Of a DNA stretch of 64,000 nt, positions 27,220 through 39,559 are shown piece by piece. The translations under genes and the position numbers were made by a program. The DNA lies in the NCBI RefSeq assembly GCF_018977255.1, contig NW_024704743.1:58716001-58780000 (forward strand), read 5' to 3'. This DNA is from Callorhinchus milii. Taxonomy: Eukaryota. The notes under the pieces were generated by a model. That model ran no database searches, was not told where the DNA came from, and worked only from the letters and a program-made list of their open reading frames with translations. How positions within the stretch are numbered: the first letter of the stretch is position 1; each line of letters opens with the position of its first letter.

Positions 27220-27655
27220 CCTCATTCAAACCAAACTGCATGACCAACACCCAATCCTCACTAGGTTCCACTGACTACCGTTCTATGAGCGGATTGACTT
27301 TAGGGGCCTGACTCTTAAAAACAAATGCCTTCACATCCTAGCATCTTCCTTATCTTACAGATCTCAGAGTACTCTACTCCCCTTCCCACCAAATCTACTC
27401 AGCACAGGTCTGCTACACATAGACCGCCACCTCTATGCTACCATCAGTGATCAAGCCCTCAACTTCTGGAACTCCCTGCCTCTATCCCTCCACCTCACAT
27501 CTAACCTATCTAATCTATCCTCAAATCCCACATTAAAACCTACCTTTTCAACCACACCTATGGTCACCTTTCACCTTTCTCCTAGCCCCACTGTAATGCT
27601 CTCCAAGATATTATTCTGTGTGAAGGGCACTATATAAATGCAAGTTATTGTTCAT
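27220..27655 (+). mobile_element. L2 LINE 3' fragment (decayed)
   Basis: ggttccactgactacc..., ctggaactccctgcc..., tail gtgaagggcactatataaatgcaagttattg. Confidence 0.7.
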
Positions 27656-27894
27656 TTTTGATATTTAAGGAATCTATTGATTTAGAGCCCAAGTTAGATA
27701 ATAATAGTAACAATAGATCCCATAATATTGTAAAAATTTGAAAAAAATGCAAGCATTTCCCTTCGATTAACCACCCATTTTTAAAATGGTGTACTTCAAT
27801 TCTGATCCACTGTATTACAGTATTACATTACACAATTTCTGCACGTTAGAAAAAGCTTAAAAATATAAATGAACAACAATAAATAATCAAGCTG

Positions 27895-28240
27895 TGGAGT
27901 CCCGTAGGTCAGTTGTTAGAGCACTCGCCTCGCGTTCAATTCCCGGCAGGGCGAAACGTTGGACAAGTTTGCTTACTCCACAAGCCCCTGTTAACCTAGC
28001 AGTAAGTAGGAACCAGGTTGTTAGTCAATTGGCAGATCGCTTTTCCGGGATAATAATTCCTTCAAAAAAGAATAGTACTCAATTCATCACGGTTTATGGG
28101 ACATTGCTGTGTGCAATTGGCTGCTGCGTTTCGCCCTCAAAATACACAGTCAATTCACTTTACAGTATATTCTGCGAATCGCTTTGAGAAGTCACAAAGA
28201 TGTGATAAGGCGCTGCCATATTAAATGCAAGGATTATTTT
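27895..28240 (+). mobile_element. Full-length tRNA-Ala-headed SINE
   Basis: ggagtcccgtaggtcagttgttagagcactcgcctcgc...gttcaattcccggcagggcgaaacg...tail aaatgcaaggattatt. Confidence 0.9.
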
Positions 28241-29564
28241 TAATTATTTATTAAGATGACTGTATTGTATTGGACTGTATGTATTACTTTGAGATTCAAC
28301 TAATTGAAAAAAAAATTCCAAAGCCCGTTCTGTTAAAGATTATATACAGTTGCCTTGAAAACATATTCTTTATTTTTGTGATGCATTAGTATTCAGAGAG
28401 AGGCAGGTGTATTTATTACATCTGCCTAATTTGGCATGACATATCAGGACTATATGTCAGCAATCAGCTGTGACCTAACTTCTTAGCGGTCTTGACATAA
28501 TCACTTTAAGTACTACAGATTTGCTGTGCTGCCATGGCATAAGCAAGAAAAATGGTATTGGCAATGTGAGTCTGTTTTAGCCTCCAAATGTTGTTGGTGT
28601 ACACTTGTATTAAACTGCCAATTCTTAAAAATTCAGAAGCTTGTGAAATAAGACAAGATGAGAGTTGCAAACGCCATAGAAATATTGCCTCCATAGAACA
28701 ATTTAAATATTTTAGCCCTCTTTTCCGGAAATGTGTTAATTTCATCAATTCAAGATCACCTACTTGCTGAACAACAACAAATTTTATTTGTATAGCATCT
28801 ATCATGTTAGGAGGACACCCCAATTACAAACATAATCCATAAAAGTCATAGGAAGAGATAGCTCTGATTCGTAGTGTTGGTCCCTCAACTGGGAAACATA
28901 AGCTTGATGCATAGCCTCAAAAAACATTCTAACTCAGGTTTTCCTGGGTTTTTTGACTGGATTGTAAGGATAGAGAGAAGAAATGGAGTACACTGTTCAA
29001 GGGTATCTTGTAATAGGTTATCATTAGGTAATAGCTTAATGAGACTTACATTGATCTCCAGCCTTCGTGACAGAAAGTAACACGAAAGGGCTGGTTAAAA
29101 AATATAATTGAAGGGGAAAAATATGAGGAATAATAAATATAAATGCTGCAGAATTAAAAATATGTATGTGTTACTTTGAGATTCATTGTCATCTGCATCC
29201 ATTGCAAAAGTTATACCATCAAATTGAATTATGGTGAACTCTAACATCTTTTTTTATTTTCTGACCATTTAGTTATTTATTTATTATGGTATATACATAT
29301 ATATATGTTTGTATAACTGATGAATTTCAGTGATATATATTATCAGGTGAACTATCCAAAAGGAGTCTACAGCAAAAAGATGCTGGATTTTTACTAGTCC
29401 ATGTATACAGAGTCATTAACCTAAAATGCTTCAGCAATCTTGGCATTTCAGCTATGTATATTAATTCAGCTCAGTTACGTTGTCAAGCTCAGTCGCTCCT
29501 CGAAGTTAGTTTGTTCTAATACTATGAGAACCCACCATTTAAACAATCTTTTTTTCCTATTTTC

Positions 29565-29942
29565 TCCACTCCTCTCCTGAAGGTAGAGACTTGTACTTTG
29601 ATATACTTCCACAGTCAACGGCAACTTTCCAGTTCATCGTGCAAATGACTGTTTTTCATGTGTGAGCCCAGACAATGAGTGCTGGCAGGCTGCTCAACTA
29701 GAGAGCTTCACAGTACGGTCTAATATTGTCCCCGTCTGACATATGCACACTTACCAGCAAGGAGCAACAAATAGTGATGAAGTGAGGCCTTTCTGCTCTC
29801 CCTAGCCCAGGAATGCGAGGACCTATTTCAATACCTCACCAGTGCCCCATCTGAGAACACACTTGGAGTCAATCCACACTTGGAATCTTTTGATCTATAC
29901 GATTCAGTAGAAGATCAAGCAGTGCCTTTAGCTACTGAGCTT
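29565..29942 (-). mobile_element. Old tRNA-like SINE of a third family (related copies at ~50960-51120 minus and ~61365-61660 plus)
   Basis: Reverse complement starts gctcagtagctaaaggcactg (A-box-like) and ends ccttcaggagaggagtggagaa; the blocks cacacatgaa...g(g/t)c(a/c)a(c/t)ttg and (t)tcagga recur in the other copies. Confidence 0.55.
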
Positions 29943-30665
29943 TTTTTAATATAAGCTATCCAAAACAAGCATTGACAGCAAGTCTGCTGCTTTATGTAAA
30001 GCTGTAAAAAAAAAGACCTGTGTGTGTGCTGATTTTAAGACAATCTGCATTTGTGCAGGTTGTGCTGCTGTAAAGCTTCGTCCTGCATTCAGATTTGATC
30101 TTTGTTATAGTGCCAGACATATCCCATAAACTAGACCTGCAGTAAATTTCAACCATTCTCAGCAATTCTGCCAGTGGCAATATCTTTATGCCTGAAAAAA
30201 AATAATCACTCTGGCTACTTGTCAAGATCGGGAAGGGAAAATTGGTGAGAATCTAAAATGAAAAGTCGGTGCAAGACAGTCTAAAAAAAGTATCATAACA
30301 GTACACACAGAATGGAAGGTAACATTTGTCAGGCAGAGCACGGGAACGAGGTAGGGCCATGTTTACAGGAGACAGGTATCATTTTTATAGATGGCTAAAT
30401 GGTTATTATACAGTTGTGAGATGTGGTCAGGCATCTTTGGCTCATTCCCCTGATAATATGATATATAAAAATCAACATTGATGCACATTTGAACGGTCAG
30501 AAAAAATGTATAAAGTTGATTGCAATTCAATAAATACAGTACAGCTGGTCCGGTTCTTGAATACTGTGCTATATAGCATCTTGCGACATCCTCCCCACAT
30601 GAAAACAAAATGTTGTTGTTATAGTATCTACTCTATAACAGTGAGCATACGACATAGTACGCTCG

Positions 30666-31157
30666 TGGAGTCCTGTAGCTCAGTGGTTAGAGCACTCGCC
30701 TCGCAAGCAAGAGACCTGCGTTGGATTCCCCGCAGGACAAAACCTTGGGCAAGTTTCCTTACTCCACAAGTCTGATAATAGTCCCTCAAGAAAAAAATAA
30801 TAATAAATTGGTCACTTCAGTTAATATTATTATTAGTAGTAGTTCAGAATACAGACAGAAAAGGTTTATACCGAGATGTGTATGAGTCACACAATAATAA
30901 TAATAATAATCCTTGCATTTGATATAGGGTTTTTCACGTCTTCTAGATGTCTCAAAGCGCTTCACAGAATATACTGTAAAGTGAATTGTGGGCAAAACAT
31001 GGCAGCCAACTGCACACAGCAGTGTTAAATTATTATTAGGTTTTTTGAGGGATTATTATCCAAGGAAAAGTGATCCGCCAATCAATTAACAACCTACTTA
31101 TTGCTAGGGAAAAAAGGCGTGCGGAGTAAGGAAACTTACTCCACACGCCTCTGTTTA
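30666..31157. mobile_element. Cluster of two opposed, internally deleted tRNA-Ala SINEs (30666-30820 plus; 30895-31137 minus)
   Basis: Head ggagtcctgtagctcagtggttagagcactcgcctcgcaagc at 30667; minus-strand tail aataatccttgcatttgatata at ~30905. Confidence 0.85.
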
Positions 31158-31904
31158 AATGACTGGTTAAATGATGTTTTTCTTTTAAAGAATATAAAGT
31201 ACATACTATTAAACTATCTACTGTGTGGTTATCCTAAACAAGGTATGATAATTTGAGGAACTCATTTTCTGGGACCTAAACTTCCACAGTTTAACATTGC
31301 CTATAAATCAGCAATAATTGGCACTTAAAATTTGCAGGAGTATGGGGAAAGAGCGAGGGAGTGGGACTGATTGGAAGCTCTTCCAAAGCAAGATGGGCTG
31401 AGTGGCCTTTTTCTGTGCTGTAATATTCTATGATTCTATAATTAAGCTGCAATATCATTCACAAGGGAATGGGAAATTAAGTATATTGACTGCTATGGGA
31501 GAAAGCATTATTTTGAGGACATAAAGCACATGAACAAAAAAACTGCAGAACATTTGTGCATCCACAACTCATGCATGATAACCTATCTTCCTTCCAGCAG
31601 ATCCTCTACATTGCAGTTTCTCATCCTCCCGCCCAAGATAAAACAATACAGCTCTTACTATCCCTGTGAGCTCAGTTTTCCTTCTCAATAGATACTGACC
31701 GTGACTCTTTTATAGCTGTCAATTGCCCGAAATCAACTATTTAAACAGAGAGCTTGTTTCACATATGTCTCTAGGTTGGGGGGAAACATCTTCTGACCAT
31801 TCGTCTCATTCTAAACTGGTGATTTTATTCTTTACGACTTCTAGTCCTACGTATGGAAATGTCAGCTTGGTCAAGGATGCTATGGTCAGAATGGTCAGAA
31901 TGTT

Positions 31905-32500
31905 GCTCTAGTGCAATGTTGAGGAAGCACGGCATCGTTGGAGGTGCTGTCATTCAAAAAAGATGCCTCATCTGCCTATTCAGGTGGATGTTAAAGAATC
32001 CCAGTTCTATTCACAAGAAGGAAGCTTGTCCCAGAGTCCGAGCCAATAATCCTCCAGTTCCTTTTCCATTCATCTCCTGACTGTTTATGGGACATTGCTG
32101 TGGGCATATTGGGTGTCTTGTTCATCTACAAATATTAATAATAATCCTTGCATTTGATATAATCCCTCAAGAAAAAAAGAATAATAAATTGGTCACTTCA
32201 ATCCACGACTTTTTGTGGGACACTGCTGTGTGCAATTGGCTGCCACATTTAGCCCACAAATCTACAGTCAATTCACTTTACAGTATATTCTGTGAAGTAC
32301 TTTGAGATGTTTAGCAGATGTGAAAAGCGCTATATCAAATGCAAGGATTATTATTATTATATCGTGACTTAGCACATCGTTAAGATGTCTCAAAACGCTT
32401 CACAGAACGTATTGCAAAGTGGATTGACTGTATTTTGTGGTCAAAACAATGACTACAAATACAAGTCATTACATTTAACAGTAATTACTGTGAAGTTTCA
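31905..32500. mobile_element. Three nested SINEs (DeuSINE host, minus-strand SINE tail, plus-strand SINE)
   Basis: Deu block caggtggatgttaaaga; ctacaaata duplication at 32126-32134 / 32453-32461; inner copy at ~32160-32360. Confidence 0.75.
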
Positions 32501-32944
32501 ATATGATCATTTGTTTTTCCTTATTCTTCTCTGAACACTTTCCAAAGCTTCAATTCCCTTTTTGAGGAGTCATGACTGGACCTGCACACCATATGGTGAA
32601 AATTGCAACATGGAATAAGTTATCACATGCCAGAAGTCTTCAACTGGCTGCAAATGGGAAAACTTCCATCCATCTCCTCCTCCTTCTGCCCCCCAACCTC
32701 AGCACAATAGTTGGACATGATACCCTGCCCAGGTTTTCATGGTTGTTATTGGAGTTGCTCTTCTAGATTAAGCAGGTATCCCTCAAAGCAACACCCAAAT
32801 GCTGCATTCCACAGGTAGAGACTCCATTGGCAATTATGCTTCTGCTGGCTTCCACTGTGCTGAGGTCAGACTGGTTTGCACTACACGTTACTTACTGACT
32901 AGCTTGATAAGTGATCATCATCACATGAGGTGTTATATCCTTAT

Positions 32945-33312
32945 AAATAATAACAATGTAATCCTTGCATTTGATATAATGCCTTATCAGATCTTCAAGA
33001 CATCTCAAAGTACTTACACAATATATTGTAAAGTGAATTGGCTGTACGTTTTGTGGGTGAAACACGGCAGCCAATTGCACACAGCAATGTCCCACAAACA
33101 GTCGTGGATTGAGTGACCAATTTCACTACTATTATTTTTGGGGGATGGAATTATTATCCCCGCCAATTGACTAATAATCAGGCTCCTACTTACTGCTAGG
33201 TAAACAGGTGTGTGGAATAAGGAAACTTGCCCAACATTTCACCTGGCTGGGAATCGAACCCAGGTCCTCTCGTGCACGAAGCAAGTGTTCTAACCAGAGC
33301 TACACGACTCCA
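32945..33312 (-). mobile_element. Full-length tRNA-Ala-headed SINE
   Basis: Reverse complement ggagtcgtgtagctctggttagaacacttgcttcgtgcacgagaggacctgggttcgattcccagcc...tail gcaaggatta. Confidence 0.9.
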
Positions 33313-33776
33313 TCCCCATGTTCCAAAACTGCCATCATCAGTGATCCATACAACGTTAGTGTAACATGTTCTGATTTGTAATCCAAGATTCAAGGTCCAG
33401 TACACACTGGTCTCGCAGTCTCAAGGCAACCTCAATGGAAGCCGCAACACAAATGACCCAGAAGTGTTTGATACTGATATTGGTTGGCAATGGTTGAAAA
33501 TATTCCATTCAATGGCACAGACATCTATGACTTTGATGCGTACACAACATTCACATTTTTATCTTTAAAAAAAGGATGTACATCTGTTTCCGTTTAAAAG
33601 TATATAACTATTTCTATTCAATCATTCAGTAATTGTTTCTTAAATTGTGTTTTAACAGCTTCCTTCTAACTTGATGACAGTTTATAGACAGCATTAGCTG
33701 TGAGTGACTTTGAATGAATCTAAAATACATTTCCACTGAAATTCTTCAAGTAGTGTGAACATTACCATAAAATATT

Positions 33777-33792
33777 TAGCGCCACCTATTGA
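33777..33792 (-). promoter_or_regulatory. CTCF-like motif TCAATAGGTGGCGCTA
   Basis: 13/15 match to CCASYAGRKGGCRSY, in unique AT-rich DNA with the CpG retained. Confidence 0.3.
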
Positions 33793-33964
33793 GAATGGTG
33801 GTATTCCACCCTCATCATTAGTTTTCTATATTGTCATTGGATTTACAATACAATTTTAGTTTTAGGGGCAAACTCAGAGTCAGTAAGAAAAGGCAACAAT
33901 AATGAGCCCTGATAGATGTCCCAAAACCTGATTAATGAATAAATAGTGCATTTTGCCAGCCACA

Positions 33965-34450
33965 CAATTACAACAATAACTTGCATTTATATAGTGCCTT
34001 CACATGAGCCGTGACAGTGATGGAGTCTGACCCTGAGCCAGGGGTACAGGGAGGGGGAGAGGTGACCATAAGCACGATTAAGAATGAGGTCAGAGACAGC
34101 TGAGCGGAGGCAGTAGGTGGTGGACGAAGGGGTAAACAGATTGATAGGTAGGGAAGTGCGAGGGCATGAAGGGATTTGAAAACAAATGAGAGAATCTTGA
34201 AATCGATCTGTTCGGTAATTGAGAGCCAGTGGAGCTTGGCAAGGGCTGGTGTGATGAGGTACAGAGTTTTGTGCGGTTGAGTATCTGGGCGGCAGAGATT
34301 TGGATTAATTAAATTTTGTATAAGGTGGAGCTGAGGAGATCAGCGAAGAGGGCGTTGGCATAGTCCAGCAGCGAAGTAACGAAGATGAGGAGGAGGGTTT
34401 CGGCTGCGTTGGTTGTGAGGTATGGGCGGAGGTGGGCAATTATAGAGGTT
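33965..34450 (-). mobile_element. L2 LINE 3' fragment
   Basis: ORF 34309-34551 includes IAHLRPYLTTNAAETLLLIFVTSLLDYANALF; tail at ~33970. Confidence 0.85.
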
Positions 34451-34854
34451 GGGACATTAAAATGAAAAGATTGTTTTTTTGTGCTAGTCTGGTAGGCATC
34501 AGTGGGCGGCTGATGATTTATAAGAGGCTTATTTGGGGATATAGGATACATTCACAACATACAGGCATCAAAAAGGGATGACATTAACATTGCAGTGATG
34601 CAAAGTATTTAGTACAGGTAATACCACCATTCATCATTGTGAAGTATCTATCCTTGAAGCTGAATGTAGTGCTGTGCAGAACACTCCAATAAGTGGAGTG
34701 ATAGTGAAGTCAGCTTCAACAGCCTCTATTGGGATACAGCAGGAACAGACAGAGATTACAGGAGGAACCACCTGCCCCCCACCGGTATGTAGCACGGGAG
34801 GAAGTGTCAGTGCCCCTTTTTGATAAGTAGGGGATTCCAGGTTGGGAAGCGATT

Positions 34855-36050
34855 ACTGAGATAGCCCTCATCAAAGTCATACTCTCTCTCTCTGTGACCA
34901 GCGGCGGCTCCCTCTACTTTCTTGTTCTCCTCAACCTCTCTGCTGCTTTTAATGCACTTCACCACTCCATCCTCCTCACGCGCCTTTCCTTCCTTACCCA
35001 CTTACACATTCCCTGGTCCCAATCCTACTTGACCCATCACCACCATTTTGTTGCTTCTGACAGTTTCACCTCCTGCCCTCACATGATCAGCTGTCAAGTA
35101 CCTCAGGATTCCACTCATATTCCTCTCCTTCTCGTTATTTAGTGCTCCCTCTTGGAGACATCATCCACAGACATGGGGTTAACTTCTACATGTGCACCTT
35201 TCCACTTCTCATCTTGATTCCAGGTCCAGAGACATTCTTTCCACCTGCCTGTCAGATATCAAAACTTGAATGAGCCTGATTTTCTTGCAGCTCAACAGGA
35301 CTCGACAGAAGTTATTGGCTCTGCCAATATCTCCTCATTTCCTCAACTTCCCTGATCTTTCTCTCAAATTCACACAACCAGTGCACAACCTTGGCATTCG
35401 GTACAATCCTCAGATCTCTCTTCGTCTGAACTCTAACTAAGACCAATTTTCTTCACTTTCACTGCATCGCCCAAATCATCCCTATCTCATACAAAATTAT
35501 ATTGAAACCTTCATTCATGCCTTTGTTACCTCCCAATTAAACTAAAGCATTCCTTGTTACTCTTCCTAGCTCCACCATCCACAAGCTCCAACTCATTCAA
35601 AACTCCATATCGTCACCCACGCCAAACTCCACATGGCCAACACTCAAATCCTCACCAAGTTTCTTCGCTAGCTTCCCATCTCCCAGTTGATTTGGTGACA
35701 AGGTTCTCACACTAACTTATCAACCCCTTCACATCCTATCTCTGTAATCTTTTTTATATCATTCTACAGCTCACTCCCTCTCTTCGGCTCACTCAGCCTG
35801 CTTTGCATCCCCTGATCCTTCCACCCTACCATCAGTGGCTGAACCTTCAGCAACAATACCTCTTCCTTTGGAACGCCCTCCCTCTCTCTCAGTCTTTAAA
35901 TCCCACTCTAAAACCTACCACTTCAACCATGCCTACGGTCTCACCCTCCTTCCCCCATTTTCCTTGCTTAGCATCCAACACCATCCATGTGTCGCTCCAA
36001 TAAATTATCCCCCACATAACGGTCACTATGAAAATACAAATTGTTGTACT
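34855..36050 (+). mobile_element. L2 LINE, RT domain to 3' tail (decayed)
   Basis: actgagatagccctcatcaaagtc (TE-ALIKV), LVLLNLSAAFNALHHSILLTRL and QVPQDS motifs of L2 RT; tail at ~36030. Confidence 0.85.
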
Positions 36051-36257
36051 ACCTACAAATAAGGGAGTCAAAGGAAATTGTCCAGTAAAATGGCAAGCAA
36101 TTGTACAAACTGTTACTGGAAAATGTTTGCGTTTGTCTCCCTGTGGGTGCCTTTTGCAGTTTCTGATACTGTCACAGCAAGAGTCTCTACTGTCTAAGAA
36201 CAGCTGCTCCCTACGGCAGAGGACCTGCACTTACTTTTGCAACATAACTGCACCATC

Positions 36258-36581
36258 ACAACAACAACTTGCATTTATATAGTGTCCCTCACATAGGGTA
36301 GCATCCCAGGGCGCTTGACAGTGGCAGAGTATGACGCAGAGCCAGTGGGAGAGGGGAGGTGACTTTAAGCATGGTCGAAGAGGAAGATTTTCATGCGCGA
36401 CCTGAAGATGAGCAAGAAGGGACAAAGCGGAGGAATCAATGGTGAAGTGTGTCAAAAGTAGCAGCGAGGTTGAGTAGAACAAGAAAGTAGAGGGAGCTTC
36501 CACTGGTCGCAGAGAGAGAGAGTATGACTGATGAGGGCTATCTCAGTAATCGCTTCCTAACCTGGCATCCCCTACTTATCA
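36258..36581 (-). mobile_element. Internally deleted L2 (RT-region head fused to 3' tail); inverted partner of 34821-34985
   Basis: Reverse complement is the same head as 34821 joined directly to cttcctcttcgaccatgc...gtgagggacactatataaatgcaagttgttgttg. Confidence 0.8.
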
Positions 36582-36847
36582 CATGTTCCCAGAGTTTTGG
36601 AGGCGTAATAGTTGAAAGTGCAACGACAACAGGCATACACGAAGATGCAGATATAAAAGTGCATATACAGGGTGAGACACACAAAACTGGCAAAGAGTGC
36701 AGCTCTCTGCCAAAGACTGTAAAGGTGATGAACTTTACACTGGGTTCGTGGAGAGAAAATAATAATAATGCAACAGGATTACATTTGTATAGCACCTTTC
36801 AAGTTGGGAGGAAGTCTTGGGACATCTTCCCGACTTGAAAGGCGCTA

Positions 36848-37262
36848 TAATAATCCTTTTTATAAGCGTCTTATCACATCAGAAGGTCATCTCAAAATGC
36901 TTCATAGGATTTACTGTGAAATGGAGTGACTGTGTATTTGTAGGCAACCACAGAAGCTCAATTGTGCCCAGCAATGCCCCACAAACAGCCATGAAATTAA
37001 TTACCAATTTATATTTGGGGGATTGTTGGACAGGACACTGGGAGAAACTCCCTTCTCATTTCAAATAGTGCCATGGGTTCTTGAATGTCCACCTTAACAG
37101 GCAGGCGGGATCTTGGTTTAACATCTCATCTGAAGGACAACACCTACTGACAAAGCACACTCCCAACACTGCACTGGAGTGTCATTTTAGACCACATGAG
37201 TTCAAGTACTGACATGCAATTTGAACCCACAACTTTCTGCTTAGATGCGAAAATAGGCCAAC
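36848..37262 (-). mobile_element. Near full-length DeuSINE (SacSINE1-like)
   Basis: caggacactgggagaaactcc, atagtgccatggg, tttaacatctcatctgaaggac, ctgcactggagtgtca, tttgaacccacaac. Confidence 0.85.
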
Positions 37263-39559
37263 TTGGAGATCTCCGTTACCATGTGAGACTATGCAAAGAT
37301 GTGAGGAAACACGGTTCACTGAGTAGATAACCCTTTTATCGAAAGTGATTCAGGATACATCTGTCACTGTAAAAATGCTTTTAGTATGCAAACATTGGAT
37401 CACTGTTAGAAACGTGGACAGATTGGAACACTACTTGGAGAAAACAATCCAAACTGAATTGAACTTGGTCTCAAAAAATGTCCAATCCTGCATTACAGAG
37501 CAATTTGTTACACCGCCCAAAGCACTCTTCTTTACTCTCACATAAAGATATACTGGTGAAGACGTACATTCAATCATTCAGATAGTGGCTCACATGTCTC
37601 CAATTGGCAATTCTGTTTGCGCGAGTACCATGCCACCCACTTCTGATACCAAGACAGCCGACATCTCATCGTGGAAGGAGATGCTTCAACTTAATCCTTG
37701 AATTACCAGGAAATGACCAGCTGAATCAGATGAAGTTGTTCAGAAAAGGAATCTGCTGCTTTTGGATCTGCAAGAGCTGTAAGATGCCAAGTGTGTTTCA
37801 TTCTACTGATTGAGCATAAAATGGGAGCACTGGTACAATGTGGCACACAGTTGGGAGGCAAGAAAGAAAGACAAACATATTCCTAAGTACAACAATTTCA
37901 CCTTCACACCACAAAACATAATAAAATTACTGAGTAAAAGTATTGTTTTTTATTGTTTAATTTAACTGCATTTCATTACAGACAATTGGAAAAGGACACC
38001 ATGTCAGAGAATAGGTTATAGCTCAGGTATATCAATACTTACTACCAGAAAGAGATGAAGATTAAACCCTTGAGGTCCAATAGAGCTTGCCTAATATCAT
38101 GTAAATGGTCATTATCAACTTTGTGGTCTTGGTCATCCATTTCACTCTGCAACCAAAAATATCTTTACACAGAAAAAGTTTTTCTTTACTCAGAGACTAA
38201 TTAACAACTGGAACATGTTGCCAGGAAAGATGGTTGAGGCCAGGACACTGGACTCATTTTAAAATGATGCTGCGATGGGAGAACAGTAGGGTGGATGTTC
38301 GGGAGGGATGAGATCAGATGATTACTTTTAAAATTGGTAAAGTATTTTGAAGAAAATTCATGAGTTGTGTTACTTATGTTACTTACCATTATGGTTGCCT
38401 TGTATCGGAAAACAGTCTTCAGCCTCCCAGTTGAGGCTGATATAATGTTTCCCAAAGGTTGGTGTGAAATTAACGTGGCTGCTAAAATCAGCATTAATGG
38501 AATTTTAACTGTAAAGTCAATAAATGGATTTCTGTGCAATACAATTTCAAAGACAAGTTATTGTTTTTCATAAGTTCACATTTGTTTTTAATGGCTTCTT
38601 CAAATAACCAGATGGAATACTAACTTTGTTCGCCCACAATACACAGTGACTACACTTTACAGTTATCATTTGAAGTGCTTTGAAATGTCCGCCTGACATG
38701 AAAGGCTTCCACCAAATGTAAGGATTATGATTTACTCTACACTAAAGAGGACCTGTAATAAAAAACATTTTAAACCCCACTTATTTCAAACAGATGTCAC
38801 GAATGCCATTAACTCCATCCTTGCATCCTTGAAATGAAAATCTCATACTATGACCTTTTGCTCTGAGAAAAAATACATCCTTTGACGTCAGCCCAGCAAA
38901 CCATCAGTCAATTTGCACAAATAAGAATAATTCACTGTGTATCCTTTTCTCCAAATATGATTACCTTTATAGAAATGGCCAATTAATTTTTTTGATAAGC
39001 ATAAACTTGTCCATTAAAAAGAATCTTACTTGATCGCATTTGAATTTCTCATTCAATATTTCAAGCAATGTGATGTGAGCAATTGAACAGGAATAAGGAC
39101 GAAGCTATCTTAATATCTAGGGTGGCCCTGAGGGATTTTTTGATTTCAGTATCATTTTCCCGCCGAGCAGTGATTTGGTTTTCACCATGAAAAGATGTTG
39201 CTTAACGGTGCTTCAAAGAAAAAATGAAATGAGCTTATACAGCCAACCAATTTGCAGTTTTAGAGTCAGATGAAAGATGAGGAATACAATAAAGCATTTT
39301 GATTTTTTGTTTGCATAACGTGAGCTTGATAGCTAAATGTGAAAGTGTATGACTCATGGGTCACAATTTGGGGTATTTTGGACCATGAATGAAATCATTG
39401 ATGTTTTATCACTATAGTCCCTAATCTTATTCTCATGTCAATGTTAATCATTAAAAGTTTAAAAAGATTAATACAAAAATGCTATTTATGTAGTGCTATT
39501 CTCGCCAGCAATACATCCCTAGGCACTGGACCTAATCTGAGGACACATGACCAATAATG

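Noticed and set aside
30667..30740. tRNA-Ala gene
   Set aside because: The cloverleaf-like head runs directly into the SINE body and each copy carries disrupting mutations; it is a SINE head.
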